NCBI RefSeq assembly: GCF_018141105.1
Contig: NZ_CP054839.1
Location: 5,489,411 to 5,521,410, forward strand
Reading direction: 5' to 3'
Origin: Saccharopolyspora erythraea
GTDB lineage: Bacteria > Actinomycetota > Actinomycetes > Mycobacteriales > Pseudonocardiaceae
DNA: 32,000 nt
Positions 23,708 through 31,976 of the stretch are shown piece by piece; position 1 is the first letter of the stretch, and each line of letters opens with the position of its first letter. A program made the translations under genes and the position numbers. The notes beneath the pieces were generated by a model that saw nothing but the letters and a program-made list of their open reading frames with translations, was not told the origin of the DNA and ran no database searches.

Positions 23708-24794
23708 CGCGGACCTCCAGAAGATCGGCCGAGGGCCTGGCCTGCCGTGCCGAGGCGTAGGCCCGCTCGATCACCTCGATCGTCGCGCGCGCCTGCGCGA
23801 TCGCCACGCCCCTGCTCGCCGGATCGGCCAGCAGCGCGGGCAGCTCGTCGAGCTGCCGGGTGTACTCGGCGCCGATCTGCTCGCCGGCGACCGGCACCGG
23901 CGCGGTGACACCGTTGTGGGTGCGGGTCAGCACCGAGTCCGGCAACCGGTTGGTGCTGAACCCGAACGTGCAGCTCAACGACACGGCCCCGGCGGCGCCT
24001 TCGACGGTGATCCGGGTGGTGTCGCGGGCCTCGTGCGACGCCCAGCTCGCGCGCAGCGACACCGAGACACCGCTGTCGGTGACGACGAACGCCCGGACCG
24101 TGTCCTCGACGTCGCCCGCCGGCTGGTCGCCGCGCTCCTCCTCGCGCCAGGCCGCCCGCAGGGACGGGTTGTTGACGAAGTCGGCCGACGTCGTCGCGAC
24201 CACCTGCTCGAAGACCGCGGGGCCCACCAACGGCCCGGCGATGTCGAGCAGGTGCCACCCGAGGTCGACCAGCGCGCCACCGCCCGCCAGCTCGCGGTTG
24301 GTGAACCAGCCGCCCGCGCCGGGCACGCCGCGCGCGCGGACCCAGGACAGGTCCACGTGCCGGACGGGGCGCAGCTCGGCCGCGAGCTCGTGCAGCGCCC
24401 TGACGTCGGCGCGGTAGTTCGCGGCGCTGCCGGCCAGCAGCACCGCGCCGCCCTCGCGCTCTGCGATGGCCAACCGGTCCGCCTCGGCCACGTCCAGGCA
24501 CACCGGCTTCTCCAGGAACACCGGGATGCCGCGCTCCAGCAGCCGGCAGGCGACCGGGCTGTGCAGGTGGTTCGGCACGGTCACCACGGCGATGTCCACA
24601 TCGGACTTTTCGAGGCGGTCGAGGTCGTCCAGGACCGCGAGGCCCTCGCGCTCGGCAGCCACCTCCCGCGACCGCGGGTCGGGGTCGACGACCGTGACGA
24701 CCCGGTACGCGGGGTGCGCGGTCAACCGGGGCAGCCAGATCGACTGCCCCGCCCAGCCGAACCCGACCAGGGCGACGCGGACCGGCCCGCTCAC
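23700..24794 (-). CDS. rifL: Gfo/Idh/MocA-family NAD(P)-dependent oxidoreductase of the AHBA pathway (RifL-like)
   Basis: 364 aa. VALVGFGWAGQ Rossmann start and the FLEKPV motif. GTG start overlaps the AHBA synthase stop (GTGA at 24791-24794). Confidence 0.8.
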   Translation of the reverse strand: MSGPVRVALVGFGWAGQSIWLPRLTAHPAYRVVTVVDPDPRSREVAAEREGLAVLDDLDRLEKSDVDIAVVTVPNHLHSPVACRLLERGIPVFLEKPVCLDVAEADRLAIAEREGGAVLLAGSAANYRADVRALHELAAELRPVRHVDLSWVRARGVPGAGGWFTNRELAGGGALVDLGWHLLDIAGPLVGPAVFEQVVATTSADFVNNPSLRAAWREEERGDQPAGDVEDTVRAFVVTDSGVSVSLRASWASHEARDTTRITVEGAAGAVSLSCTFGFSTNRLPDSVLTRTHNGVTAPVPVAGEQIGAEYTRQLDELPALLADPASRGVAIAQARATIEVIERAYASARQARPSADLLEVRGA

Positions 24795-25957
24795 TTCGCC
24801 CCCAGCACGTCGGCGATGATCTCGGCGACGTCGTGCATCTGCTGCTCGGTGCCGAGCAGGGTGCGGTGGTGCAGCCAGATCCCCTCCGAGGCGATGGCCT
24901 CGGAGTTCGGGCAGCGCTCGGCGAGCGCCTCCACGCCCTCCTCCGGAGCACCGGTCTCCCAGAACCCGTCGGTCCGGTAAACCGTGCGGAAGACGACGAA
25001 GGCGGGCAGGCCCCTGGCCACCAGCTCGTCTACCAGCTCGTTGCGGCCCTGCTCACCGAGGCCGGGCACGCGGAACATCGCCATGTAGTGCGGGACCCGG
25101 TCGGCTCGCTCGTCGCGCCCCTGCGGGACCACGCCGGGGATCTCGGCGAGCAGCCGCCGCAGCACCGGCGCCCGCTGCTCGCGGGTGTCGATCTGCTCGT
25201 CCAGGCGGCTGAGCTGTCCGCGCAGGACGCTGGCGGAGAACTCGTTCATCCGGAAGTTCGAGCCCGAGGTCTGGTGGAAGTACTTGCGGTCGGTCGGCGG
25301 GCGCCCGCAGCTGTGCCGCAGGAACGCCGCGTCGCGGGAGGCCTGGTCGGGGAAGAGCACCAGCCCGCCCTCGCCTGCGGTCATCAGCTTGCCGTTCTGG
25401 AAGCTGAAGGCGGAGATGGAGCCGGTCTCGCCCACCCTGCTGCCGCGCCACCGCGACCCGTGCGCGTGCGCGGCGTCCTGCAGCAGCGGGACTCCGTGGT
25501 CGGCGGAGAGCTTGCCGAGGCCATCCATGTCGCTGAAGTGACCGGCCATGTGCACGGGCATGATGGCGCGGGTACGCGGGGTGATCGCCGCTTCCGTGGC
25601 GGCGACGTCGATGCAGTAGGTCTCCAGGTCGACGTCGACCGGGACCGCCACCGCGCCGAGACGCTGCGCGGCCTGCGACGACGAGATGAAGGTGAACGCC
25701 GGCACGATCACCTCGTCACCCGGGCCGACGCCGAGCACCTGCAGGCCGAGCTCCAGCGCGTGCGTGCCGTTGGTGACCGCGAGCGCGTGCTCCGCCCCGT
25801 GGTAGGCGGCGAACTCCCGCTCGAACGAGTCGACCTCGCTGCCGCCCATGCGCCACCACTGGCCCTGTTCCAGCGCGCGGATCAGACCGGTTCGTTCCTC
25901 GTCGCCGTACTGAGGCCATTCCGGGAATACCGGAGCAGTGCGTCGAGAAGCGTTCAT
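24791..25957 (-). CDS. rifK: AHBA synthase (3-amino-5-hydroxybenzoate synthase; PLP, DegT/DnrJ/EryC1 family; RifK-like)
   Basis: 388 aa from ATG 25957. Near-colinear with my recollection of RifK: FPEWPQYGDEERTGLIRALEQGQWWRMGGSEVDSFEREFAAYHGAEHALAVTNGTHALEL...VIVPAFTFISSSQAAQRLGAV.VPVDVD...LLQDAAHAHG.RW.G.RVGE...SFQNGKLMTAGEGG. The PLP Lys sits in SFQNGK. The track's earlier ATG adds 17 non-homologous residues. Confidence 0.95.
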   Translation of the reverse strand: MNASRRTAPVFPEWPQYGDEERTGLIRALEQGQWWRMGGSEVDSFEREFAAYHGAEHALAVTNGTHALELGLQVLGVGPGDEVIVPAFTFISSSQAAQRLGAVAVPVDVDLETYCIDVAATEAAITPRTRAIMPVHMAGHFSDMDGLGKLSADHGVPLLQDAAHAHGSRWRGSRVGETGSISAFSFQNGKLMTAGEGGLVLFPDQASRDAAFLRHSCGRPPTDRKYFHQTSGSNFRMNEFSASVLRGQLSRLDEQIDTREQRAPVLRRLLAEIPGVVPQGRDERADRVPHYMAMFRVPGLGEQGRNELVDELVARGLPAFVVFRTVYRTDGFWETGAPEEGVEALAERCPNSEAIASEGIWLHHRTLLGTEQQMHDVAEIIADVLGAK

Positions 25958-26280
25958 ATCCCGTTTCCTTTGCATGCCTGGATTTGCGCGGGTCACAACG
26001 TTTTCCACGAAAAGATCGCGGGCCGAACCTAACCAGGGCGGGAATGCGGCACCACCCCCTAGCGACCCCCTACGGTTCCCCAGATCCCGGTTGCTCTACC
26101 TGCGTCTTTCACGTCGCCAAGCACGCTGCTACCGTCTGGCTCGACAAGCGGCGGACCTACCCCGGCAAGCAATTCCCGCGAACCGGAGGACATATTCCGC
26201 CCGAATCCCCGGTCAACGGTCGGGGTGGACCGTGCCGGCAACTCGTCTCCACCTAGGACACTGGAGTCGTCATCAACTAC
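25958..26280. promoter_or_regulatory. Divergent promoter region between the AHBA synthase operon and the kinase operon
   Basis: About 320 bp, visibly less GC-rich than the flanks. It contains ACCCCCTA twice (26054-26061, 26065-26072) and a small TTTTC-cac-GAAAA inverted repeat. No promoter elements were assigned. Confidence 0.4.
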
Positions 26281-27165
26281 CTGGGAATCGACATCGGCGG
26301 CACCAAAGTGGCCATGCGCGCCGAAGGCGAGGACGCCGAACCGCACGAAACCTCCTTCCGCTGGCCCGTTCCGGCGGAGGTCCGCGCCGACCTCGCGGCG
26401 TTGGAGTCGCACGTCGCGACGTTGCGCCACCGATGGCCGGAACCGTTCGACGCCGTCGGCGTGGCGGTGCCCGCGACACTGGATGCGGCGGGGCGCGTGC
26501 TGACCTGGCCGGGGCGGCCGGTGTGGGAAGGCGCGGACCTGGTTTCCCGGCTGCGCGCGCTGTTCCCCGGTTCGGCGGTGCGGTGCGCCGACGACGGTGA
26601 TCTCGCCGCGCTCGCCGAGGCCGACCGGGCGGGCTGCCGCGACGTGGTCTACATCGGTGTCGGAACCGGCATCGGCGGCGGAGTCGTGGTCAACGGCGAG
26701 TCGGTTCCGGGCCCTGCCCGCGGTTCCTGCGAGATCGGCCACCTGGTCGTCGACCCCTCAGGGGACAAGTGCGACTGCGGGCGGCTCGGCTGCGTCCAGG
26801 CCGCGGCTTCGGGCCCGGCCGTCCTTCGCCGAGCGGGCGAACTCAGGGGTTGCCCGGTCACCTTCGACGAGCTGCGCGCGGCTTGGGCGGACGGGCAACC
26901 GTGGGCCCGGAGCGCGCTGGACACCGGAGCCGCGGCGCTCGCGACGGCCGTGACCGGCCTGTGCGAGCTGGTCCACCCGGACCTGGTGCTCATCGGCGGC
27001 GGATTCGCCGCCGCCCTACCGGATTTCGTGCCCGCCGTCGCCGAACGCACGCGGCTGCTCGCGCGGCCGGGCTCGCCGGCGCCGCCGGTCGAAGCGGCCG
27101 CCCTCGGCGGGCTTTCTTCCCTGCACGGTGCCCTGTTGCTGGCCAGACGAGAGGAATCGGCATGA
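26281..27165 (+). CDS. rifN: ROK-family sugar kinase of the AHBA pathway (RifN-like, kanosamine kinase type)
   Basis: ROK motifs: VVYIGVGTGIGGGVVVNG and CDCGRLGCVQA. The N-terminal ATP-binding motif LGIDIGGTK is encoded at 26281-26307, upstream of the first ATG/GTG/TTG (GTG 26308). An in-frame TAG lies at 26254-26256. The start is therefore placed provisionally at CTG 26281 (ATC 26272 also possible); a conventional caller would give 26308 or 26314. Confidence 0.75.
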   Translation: MGIDIGGTKVAMRAEGEDAEPHETSFRWPVPAEVRADLAALESHVATLRHRWPEPFDAVGVAVPATLDAAGRVLTWPGRPVWEGADLVSRLRALFPGSAVRCADDGDLAALAEADRAGCRDVVYIGVGTGIGGGVVVNGESVPGPARGSCEIGHLVVDPSGDKCDCGRLGCVQAAASGPAVLRRAGELRGCPVTFDELRAAWADGQPWARSALDTGAAALATAVTGLCELVHPDLVLIGGGFAAALPDFVPAVAERTRLLARPGSPAPPVEAAALGGLSSLHGALLLARREESA

Positions 27166-28196
27166 CGACCGCGCAGTCCCGCAGGATCGAGGTCGCGCTG
27201 GGCGAGCGCTCCTACCAGGTGCACGTCGGCGCGGGCGTCCGGCACGAGCTTTGCGAGGTCATCGCCGGGATCGGTGCGCGCCGGGTCGCGCTCGTCACCG
27301 CCCGACCACCGGAGTGGACGCCGGAGACCGGGGTGGAGACGCTGGTCATCCAGGCCCGCGACGGTGAGCGGGACAAGACGCTGTCCTGGGTCGAGGAGAT
27401 GTGCCGCAGGTTCGCCGACTTCGGGCTGACCCGCTCGGACGCGGTCGTCTCCTGCGGCGGCGGCACCACCACCGACGCCGTGGGGCTGGCCGCCGCGCTC
27501 TACCACCGGGGCGTGCCCGTGGTGCATCTGCCCACCTCGCTGCTGGCCCAGGTCGACGCCAGCGTCGGCGGCAAGACCGCCGTGAACCTGCCGCAGGGCA
27601 AGAACCTCGTGGGCGCGTACTGGCAGCCCAGGGCCGTGCTCTGCGACGTCGAGCACCTCCAGACGCTGCCCCCGCGGGAATGGACCAACGGCTACGGCGA
27701 GATCGCGCGCTGCCACTTCATCGGCGCGGGCGACCTGCGCGGACTGCCGCTGGTCGAACAGATCGCGTCGAGCATCGCGTTGAAGTCCTCGGTCGTGGCC
27801 GCCGACGAACGCGACAGCGGTATGCGCCACGTGCTCAACTACGGCCACACCCTCGGCCACGCGCTGGAGCGGGCCACCGACTTCCGGATGCGGCACGGGG
27901 AAGGCGTCGCGATCGGCACGGTGTTCGCCGGGCGGCTGGCGGGCGCGCTGGGCAGGATCGACGCGCGACGGGTCGACGAGCACCTTGAGGTCGTCTCAGG
28001 CTACGACCTGCCGACCCGGCTGCCGGAAGAGGTCGGTACCGGCGAGCTGATCGAGCTGATGCGGCTGGACAAGAAGCGAACCGAGGGCGACGGGCTCACC
28101 TTCGTGCTCGACGGCCCGAACGGGGCGGAGCTGGTGGAGGACGTGCCGGTGCCGGTCGTCGCCGAGACCATCGACGCGATGCCGAGGATGTCCTGA
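27162..28196 (+). CDS. rifG: 3-dehydroquinate synthase family, aminoDHQ synthase (RifG-like)
   Basis: 344 aa from ATG 27162, which overlaps the kinase TGA (ATGA); GAGAGGAA lies upstream. Motifs: CGGGTTTDAVGLAAA, DASVGGKTAVN, LNYGHTLGHALE. The track's 26769 start is an out-of-frame overlap with the kinase gene. Confidence 0.85.
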   Translation: MTTAQSRRIEVALGERSYQVHVGAGVRHELCEVIAGIGARRVALVTARPPEWTPETGVETLVIQARDGERDKTLSWVEEMCRRFADFGLTRSDAVVSCGGGTTTDAVGLAAALYHRGVPVVHLPTSLLAQVDASVGGKTAVNLPQGKNLVGAYWQPRAVLCDVEHLQTLPPREWTNGYGEIARCHFIGAGDLRGLPLVEQIASSIALKSSVVAADERDSGMRHVLNYGHTLGHALERATDFRMRHGEGVAIGTVFAGRLAGALGRIDARRVDEHLEVVSGYDLPTRLPEEVGTGELIELMRLDKKRTEGDGLTFVLDGPNGAELVEDVPVPVVAETIDAMPRMS

Positions 28197-28197
28197 G

Positions 28198-29013
28198 ATG
28201 CCCGGCATCAGCGGCACGACCCGGCTGTTCGCCGTTCTCGGCGACCCCGTGGACCAGGTGCGGGCACCGGAGCTGCTCAACCCGCTGTTCGAGCGGCTGG
28301 GCCGGGACGCCGTCCTGTTCCCCGTGCACGCCACCCGGCCGCACCTGGCCGAGATCGTCCGCGGACTGTGCCGCGTCGGCAACCTCGATGGCCTGCTCGT
28401 CACCGTGCCGCACAAGATCGAGATCTGCCGGTTCGCCGACGAGCTGAGCCACGCCGCCCGGATCTCCGGTTGTGCCAACGCACTCCGGCGCGAGCCCGGC
28501 GGTGGGTGGTTCGCCGACAACTTCGACGGCGCCGGATTCGTCCGGGGCCTGCGCGGCAGGGGCCACGAGGTGACCGGGAAGCGGGTCGCCCTGGTCGGCG
28601 CGGGCGGGGCGGGCGCGGCGATCGCGGCGGCACTGCTCGACGCCGGGGTCGAGCACCTCACGATCTGCGACCTGGACCGCGCGCGGCTCGACCACGTCCA
28701 CGCCCGGCTGGACCGGCTCTGGCCCGGCCGGGTGGGGTGCGAGGCGGCGCCGCGGCTCGACGGCGTCCACCTCGCGGTCAACGCCACCCCGCTCGGGCTG
28801 CGCCCCGAGGACCCGCTGCCCTTCGAACCGTCGGCGCTCGCACCGGACTGCGCGGTGGCCGACATCATCATGAAACCGCGCGAGACCCGGTTGTTGCGCA
28901 CCGCCGCCGGGCTCGGACACCAGATCCACCACGGGAACCACATGCTGGACGAGCAACTCGACCTGTACCGCGCGTTCTTCCACCTCGACGAGGCGACGAC
29001 CGCCACCCCGTAG
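28198..29013 (+). CDS. rifI: Shikimate/quinate dehydrogenase family, aminoquinate/aminoshikimate dehydrogenase (RifI-like)
   Basis: 271 aa. Motifs: LLVTVPHK and ALVGAGGAGAAIAAALL. The ATG follows 1 nt after the upstream TGA. Confidence 0.8.
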   Translation: MPGISGTTRLFAVLGDPVDQVRAPELLNPLFERLGRDAVLFPVHATRPHLAEIVRGLCRVGNLDGLLVTVPHKIEICRFADELSHAARISGCANALRREPGGGWFADNFDGAGFVRGLRGRGHEVTGKRVALVGAGGAGAAIAAALLDAGVEHLTICDLDRARLDHVHARLDRLWPGRVGCEAAPRLDGVHLAVNATPLGLRPEDPLPFEPSALAPDCAVADIIMKPRETRLLRTAAGLGHQIHHGNHMLDEQLDLYRAFFHLDEATTATP

Positions 29014-29039
29014 CCGCCGCGGGTCGGCGCGCGGAGCGC

Positions 29040-31976
29040 TCACGCCGAGCGCGCGGTGGCCGACCATAGCTCGACCGGGAGCTCGGCGCGGCGTTTCACC
29101 TGCAGCTTCCGGAAAACGCGGGTGAGATGCTGTTCGACGGTGCTCGCGGTGACGAAGAGCTTCTCGGCGATCTCGCGGTTCGTGTATCCCATGACGGCCA
29201 GCGAGGCCACCCTGCGTTCGGAGTCGGTCAGCGACGAGATCCTGCCCTCGCCCGCGACCAAGTGCCCGCGCGTGGCGTCCCCGCTGACCGCCAGCAGCCG
29301 CTCCTGCAATGAAGCCGCGCCGCACAGCCCGGCCAGGTGCCACGCGCGGCGGAAGATCGGCCGGGCCCGCCGGTTGTCGTTGAGCTCGTGGTGGGCCTCG
29401 CTCAGGTCGGTCAGCACGCGCGCCTGCTCGTAGCGGTCACCGCACTTCTCCAGCAGCTCCAGCGCCTCGTTGAGCAGCTGCGGCCGCCTTCGCGGCGCGT
29501 TGGTCGCGGCCAGCAGGCGCAACGCGGCTCCCCTGCTGCGGGCCTGTTCCGGACCCGGCTGGGCGAGCTCGTCGTAGGCCAGCCGCCGCGCCTCGTCGGT
29601 GTTGCCGAGCTGCAACCACGCCTCGGCCGCGCCGGTGCGCCACGGCACCAGACCCGCCCGGGACAGCCCCCAGTCGTTGGTCAGGTCGCGGCAGGCGGTG
29701 AAATCGGCCAGCGCCGCGTAGGGGTGTGCGGTGGCGAGGTGGTGGTGGCCGCGCGCATACAGGTAGTGCAGGCCGTAGCGGCTGTGGAACATCGCGTCGT
29801 CGACCTGGTGGACCAGGTGGCGTGCCGCCTCGTCGTGCTCGCCCAGCCGGGTGTGGGCCAGCACGAGCGCGCTCAACGGCAGCCCGACGGCCACGCCCCA
29901 CGCCTGCGGCGTCAGGTGCCGCAGCGCCACGCCGGCCTGCTCGATCGAAGCCCTGAACTCCCCGCCGCGCAGCAGGAGCTCGGAGCGGACCGAGGCGATG
30001 ATCGCCCGCAGGGCCGGGGTCTGGTGGCTCGAGGTCGCCGCGGCCAGCTTCCGGCACCAGTCGCAGGCCAGCGCGATCCTGCCCCCCTGCACGAGCACCA
30101 CCAGCGCGAGCATCGTGGCTTCCTCACACCACATCGTGCCGCGGGTGCGGTACACGTCGCGCAGCGCCCGCTCGGCCTGCTCGACCGCCTTCGCGCTCTG
30201 GCCGCGCACCAGGACATCGGCCAGGTTCGCGGTCGTGTGCAGCCACGGGTCGCCCGACGACGTCGCGAAGCCGCCGGGCCGCGACCAGCGGGCCGAGCGC
30301 TGCGCACCGGCGGCCAGCGGCGGATGCGCGTAGCCCAGCCAGAGTTCGACGTCGCGCGACTCGACGGCCGGATCGTCCGGCTTCTGCCGTCGCGCCCGGC
30401 GCAGGTTGTCCAACACCTGCCGCGCCTCGTCGACGCGACCGTGCCAGAGCAGCCGCCGGACCAGCGCGGCCCGGTCCGAGCCGTCCAGCCTGCCCGCGTC
30501 GGCCGCCGCGGCCAGCGGGCCGAGGTGCGGCAGCACCGAGCCGGGACTCGTGCGCCACTCGGCCTCGGCCAACCGCGCGCGGATCGCGGCCCGCTCACTC
30601 TCCTGCCCGCACGATCCGTGCGCGAGTTCCAGGCACTCGATGGCGAGGCGCGGTTCCCCCTCCAGCAGCGCGACTTCCGCCGCTTCGCGCAGCACGTTGC
30701 GCGCCCAGCTCTCGGAGGCACCTTCGGCCTGGACGAGGTGGCGGGCCACCGCGGACACCGGCGATCCGCCTTCGTGCAGCAGCCGTGCGGCGCGGTGGTG
30801 CATCAGCGCCCGGTTCTGCGCGGTGGCCAGCACGGCCGCGACCGCCTGCGGGCTGCGGAACGCACCGTCCCGCAGCAGACCTGCCGCGGTCAGCGCCTGA
30901 AGCACGTGGCCGACGCGGTCCGCGTCGGACTCCGTCAGCGCGGCGACCGTCCCGGTCGTGGCGTCCTGGCCCAGCACGGCGACCGCACGCGCGACCTCGG
31001 ACATGAACGGCCCGCCCCGTTGCAGGCAGCTCAGCAGCGCCAGGTCGTGATGCTGCGCGGTCCGGCCCGCCAGGTGGTCGTCGATCAGCGCGTGCAGCAG
31101 CAGCGGGTTTCCGCCGCTGGCGGCGGTGAAATCGGCGGTCAGCCGTTGCGCGGCGAGGTCGCCGGCCCGCTGCGAGACCACCTCGCCGACACCCGCCGCC
31201 GACAGCGGCGCGAGCTCGATCCGCCGGAAGTGCGGCTGCCGCACCAGTTCGGAGTGCAACGGCCAGGGCACGGCGGGCAGCCGGGTGTCGGCGGTGAGCA
31301 CCACGAGCACCCTGGACGACTGCGAGCGGCGCAGCAGTTGCAGCAACCAGGTCGCCGATCCCTGGTCCATGTGGTGGGCGTCGTCGACGGCCAGCAGCAA
31401 CGGCGTGTCCCGCGCGCGGTCGAGCACGGCCGAGCACAGCTCGCGGAACACGCGCAGCAGCTCGGAGGCGATCTCGTCGTGTTCGACCAGTGCGATGGCC
31501 GAGTCGAGCAGCCCGGCGTCCAGCAACCTGGTGTAGCGGTTGTCGATGCCGCGCACCAGCTGGCTGAGCACACCCCCGGGCAGCGTCCGCTCGGTCCGCG
31601 AGCAGTGCGCGGTCAGCGCGAGGAAGCCCGCACGCTGCGCCCGTTCGACGACGTTGCGCAGGAACTCGCTCTTGCCGCAGGCCATCGGCCCGTCCACGAG
31701 AGCGACCCGCCCCGCCGAGCCTGCGCTTTCCCGTTGCAACGAACCGACCACACGATTCTGCTCCTCGCGCTCGGCAAGAATCACCCGTTCCCCCTGTACG
31801 AGCTCCGGTTTCTCCGGTAGCGGCCATGCCGGAGGAGGTGCGCGCGATTTGCGCACGCGGCGCAGCGCACGACTCATCCCCAGCACAAAACTGGACGCAC
31901 CCGCTCGAGAGTTCACGCATCGCCGATTCTGCGTCAACGTGATCCTGGTAACTTTCGCCCGTTTGGCGGCACGCAT
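29040..31976 (-). CDS. LAL-family regulator (large ATP-binding LuxR-type transcriptional activator)
   Basis: N-terminal AAA/NTPase: Walker A VDGPMACGKSEF and Walker B LLLAVDDAHHMD. It has a long helical/TPR-like middle and a C-terminal LuxR HTH (LTDSERRVASLAVMGYTNREIAEKLFVTASTVEQHLTRVFRKL). Start is uncertain: ATG 31976 is the longest, ATG 31877 the alternative. The first ~70 codons have atypically low third-position GC. Confidence 0.85.
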   Translation of the reverse strand: MRAAKRAKVTRITLTQNRRCVNSRAGASSFVLGMSRALRRVRKSRAPPPAWPLPEKPELVQGERVILAEREEQNRVVGSLQRESAGSAGRVALVDGPMACGKSEFLRNVVERAQRAGFLALTAHCSRTERTLPGGVLSQLVRGIDNRYTRLLDAGLLDSAIALVEHDEIASELLRVFRELCSAVLDRARDTPLLLAVDDAHHMDQGSATWLLQLLRRSQSSRVLVVLTADTRLPAVPWPLHSELVRQPHFRRIELAPLSAAGVGEVVSQRAGDLAAQRLTADFTAASGGNPLLLHALIDDHLAGRTAQHHDLALLSCLQRGGPFMSEVARAVAVLGQDATTGTVAALTESDADRVGHVLQALTAAGLLRDGAFRSPQAVAAVLATAQNRALMHHRAARLLHEGGSPVSAVARHLVQAEGASESWARNVLREAAEVALLEGEPRLAIECLELAHGSCGQESERAAIRARLAEAEWRTSPGSVLPHLGPLAAAADAGRLDGSDRAALVRRLLWHGRVDEARQVLDNLRRARRQKPDDPAVESRDVELWLGYAHPPLAAGAQRSARWSRPGGFATSSGDPWLHTTANLADVLVRGQSAKAVEQAERALRDVYRTRGTMWCEEATMLALVVLVQGGRIALACDWCRKLAAATSSHQTPALRAIIASVRSELLLRGGEFRASIEQAGVALRHLTPQAWGVAVGLPLSALVLAHTRLGEHDEAARHLVHQVDDAMFHSRYGLHYLYARGHHHLATAHPYAALADFTACRDLTNDWGLSRAGLVPWRTGAAEAWLQLGNTDEARRLAYDELAQPGPEQARSRGAALRLLAATNAPRRRPQLLNEALELLEKCGDRYEQARVLTDLSEAHHELNDNRRARPIFRRAWHLAGLCGAASLQERLLAVSGDATRGHLVAGEGRISSLTDSERRVASLAVMGYTNREIAEKLFVTASTVEQHLTRVFRKLQVKRRAELPVELWSATARSA

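Noticed and set aside
25984-26256. 90-aa ORF in frame with and directly upstream of the kinase, separated only by a TAG
   Set aside because: Its composition and codon usage look non-coding and it has no recognisable motif. In-frame placement has a one-in-three chance. It is noted only in connection with the kinase start problem.
26769-27161. 131-codon 5' extension of the aminoDHQ synthase ORF
   Set aside because: It overlaps the kinase gene in another frame. ATG 27162, with an SD and an ATGA coupling, begins the conserved DHQS N-terminus.
29023-29064. GC-rich imperfect hairpin between the convergent dehydrogenase and LAL genes as a bidirectional terminator
   Set aside because: The stem is interrupted (6 bp plus 5 bp with an internal bulge), it overlaps the LAL coding 3' end, and it has no U-tract. 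The evidence is too weak to call.
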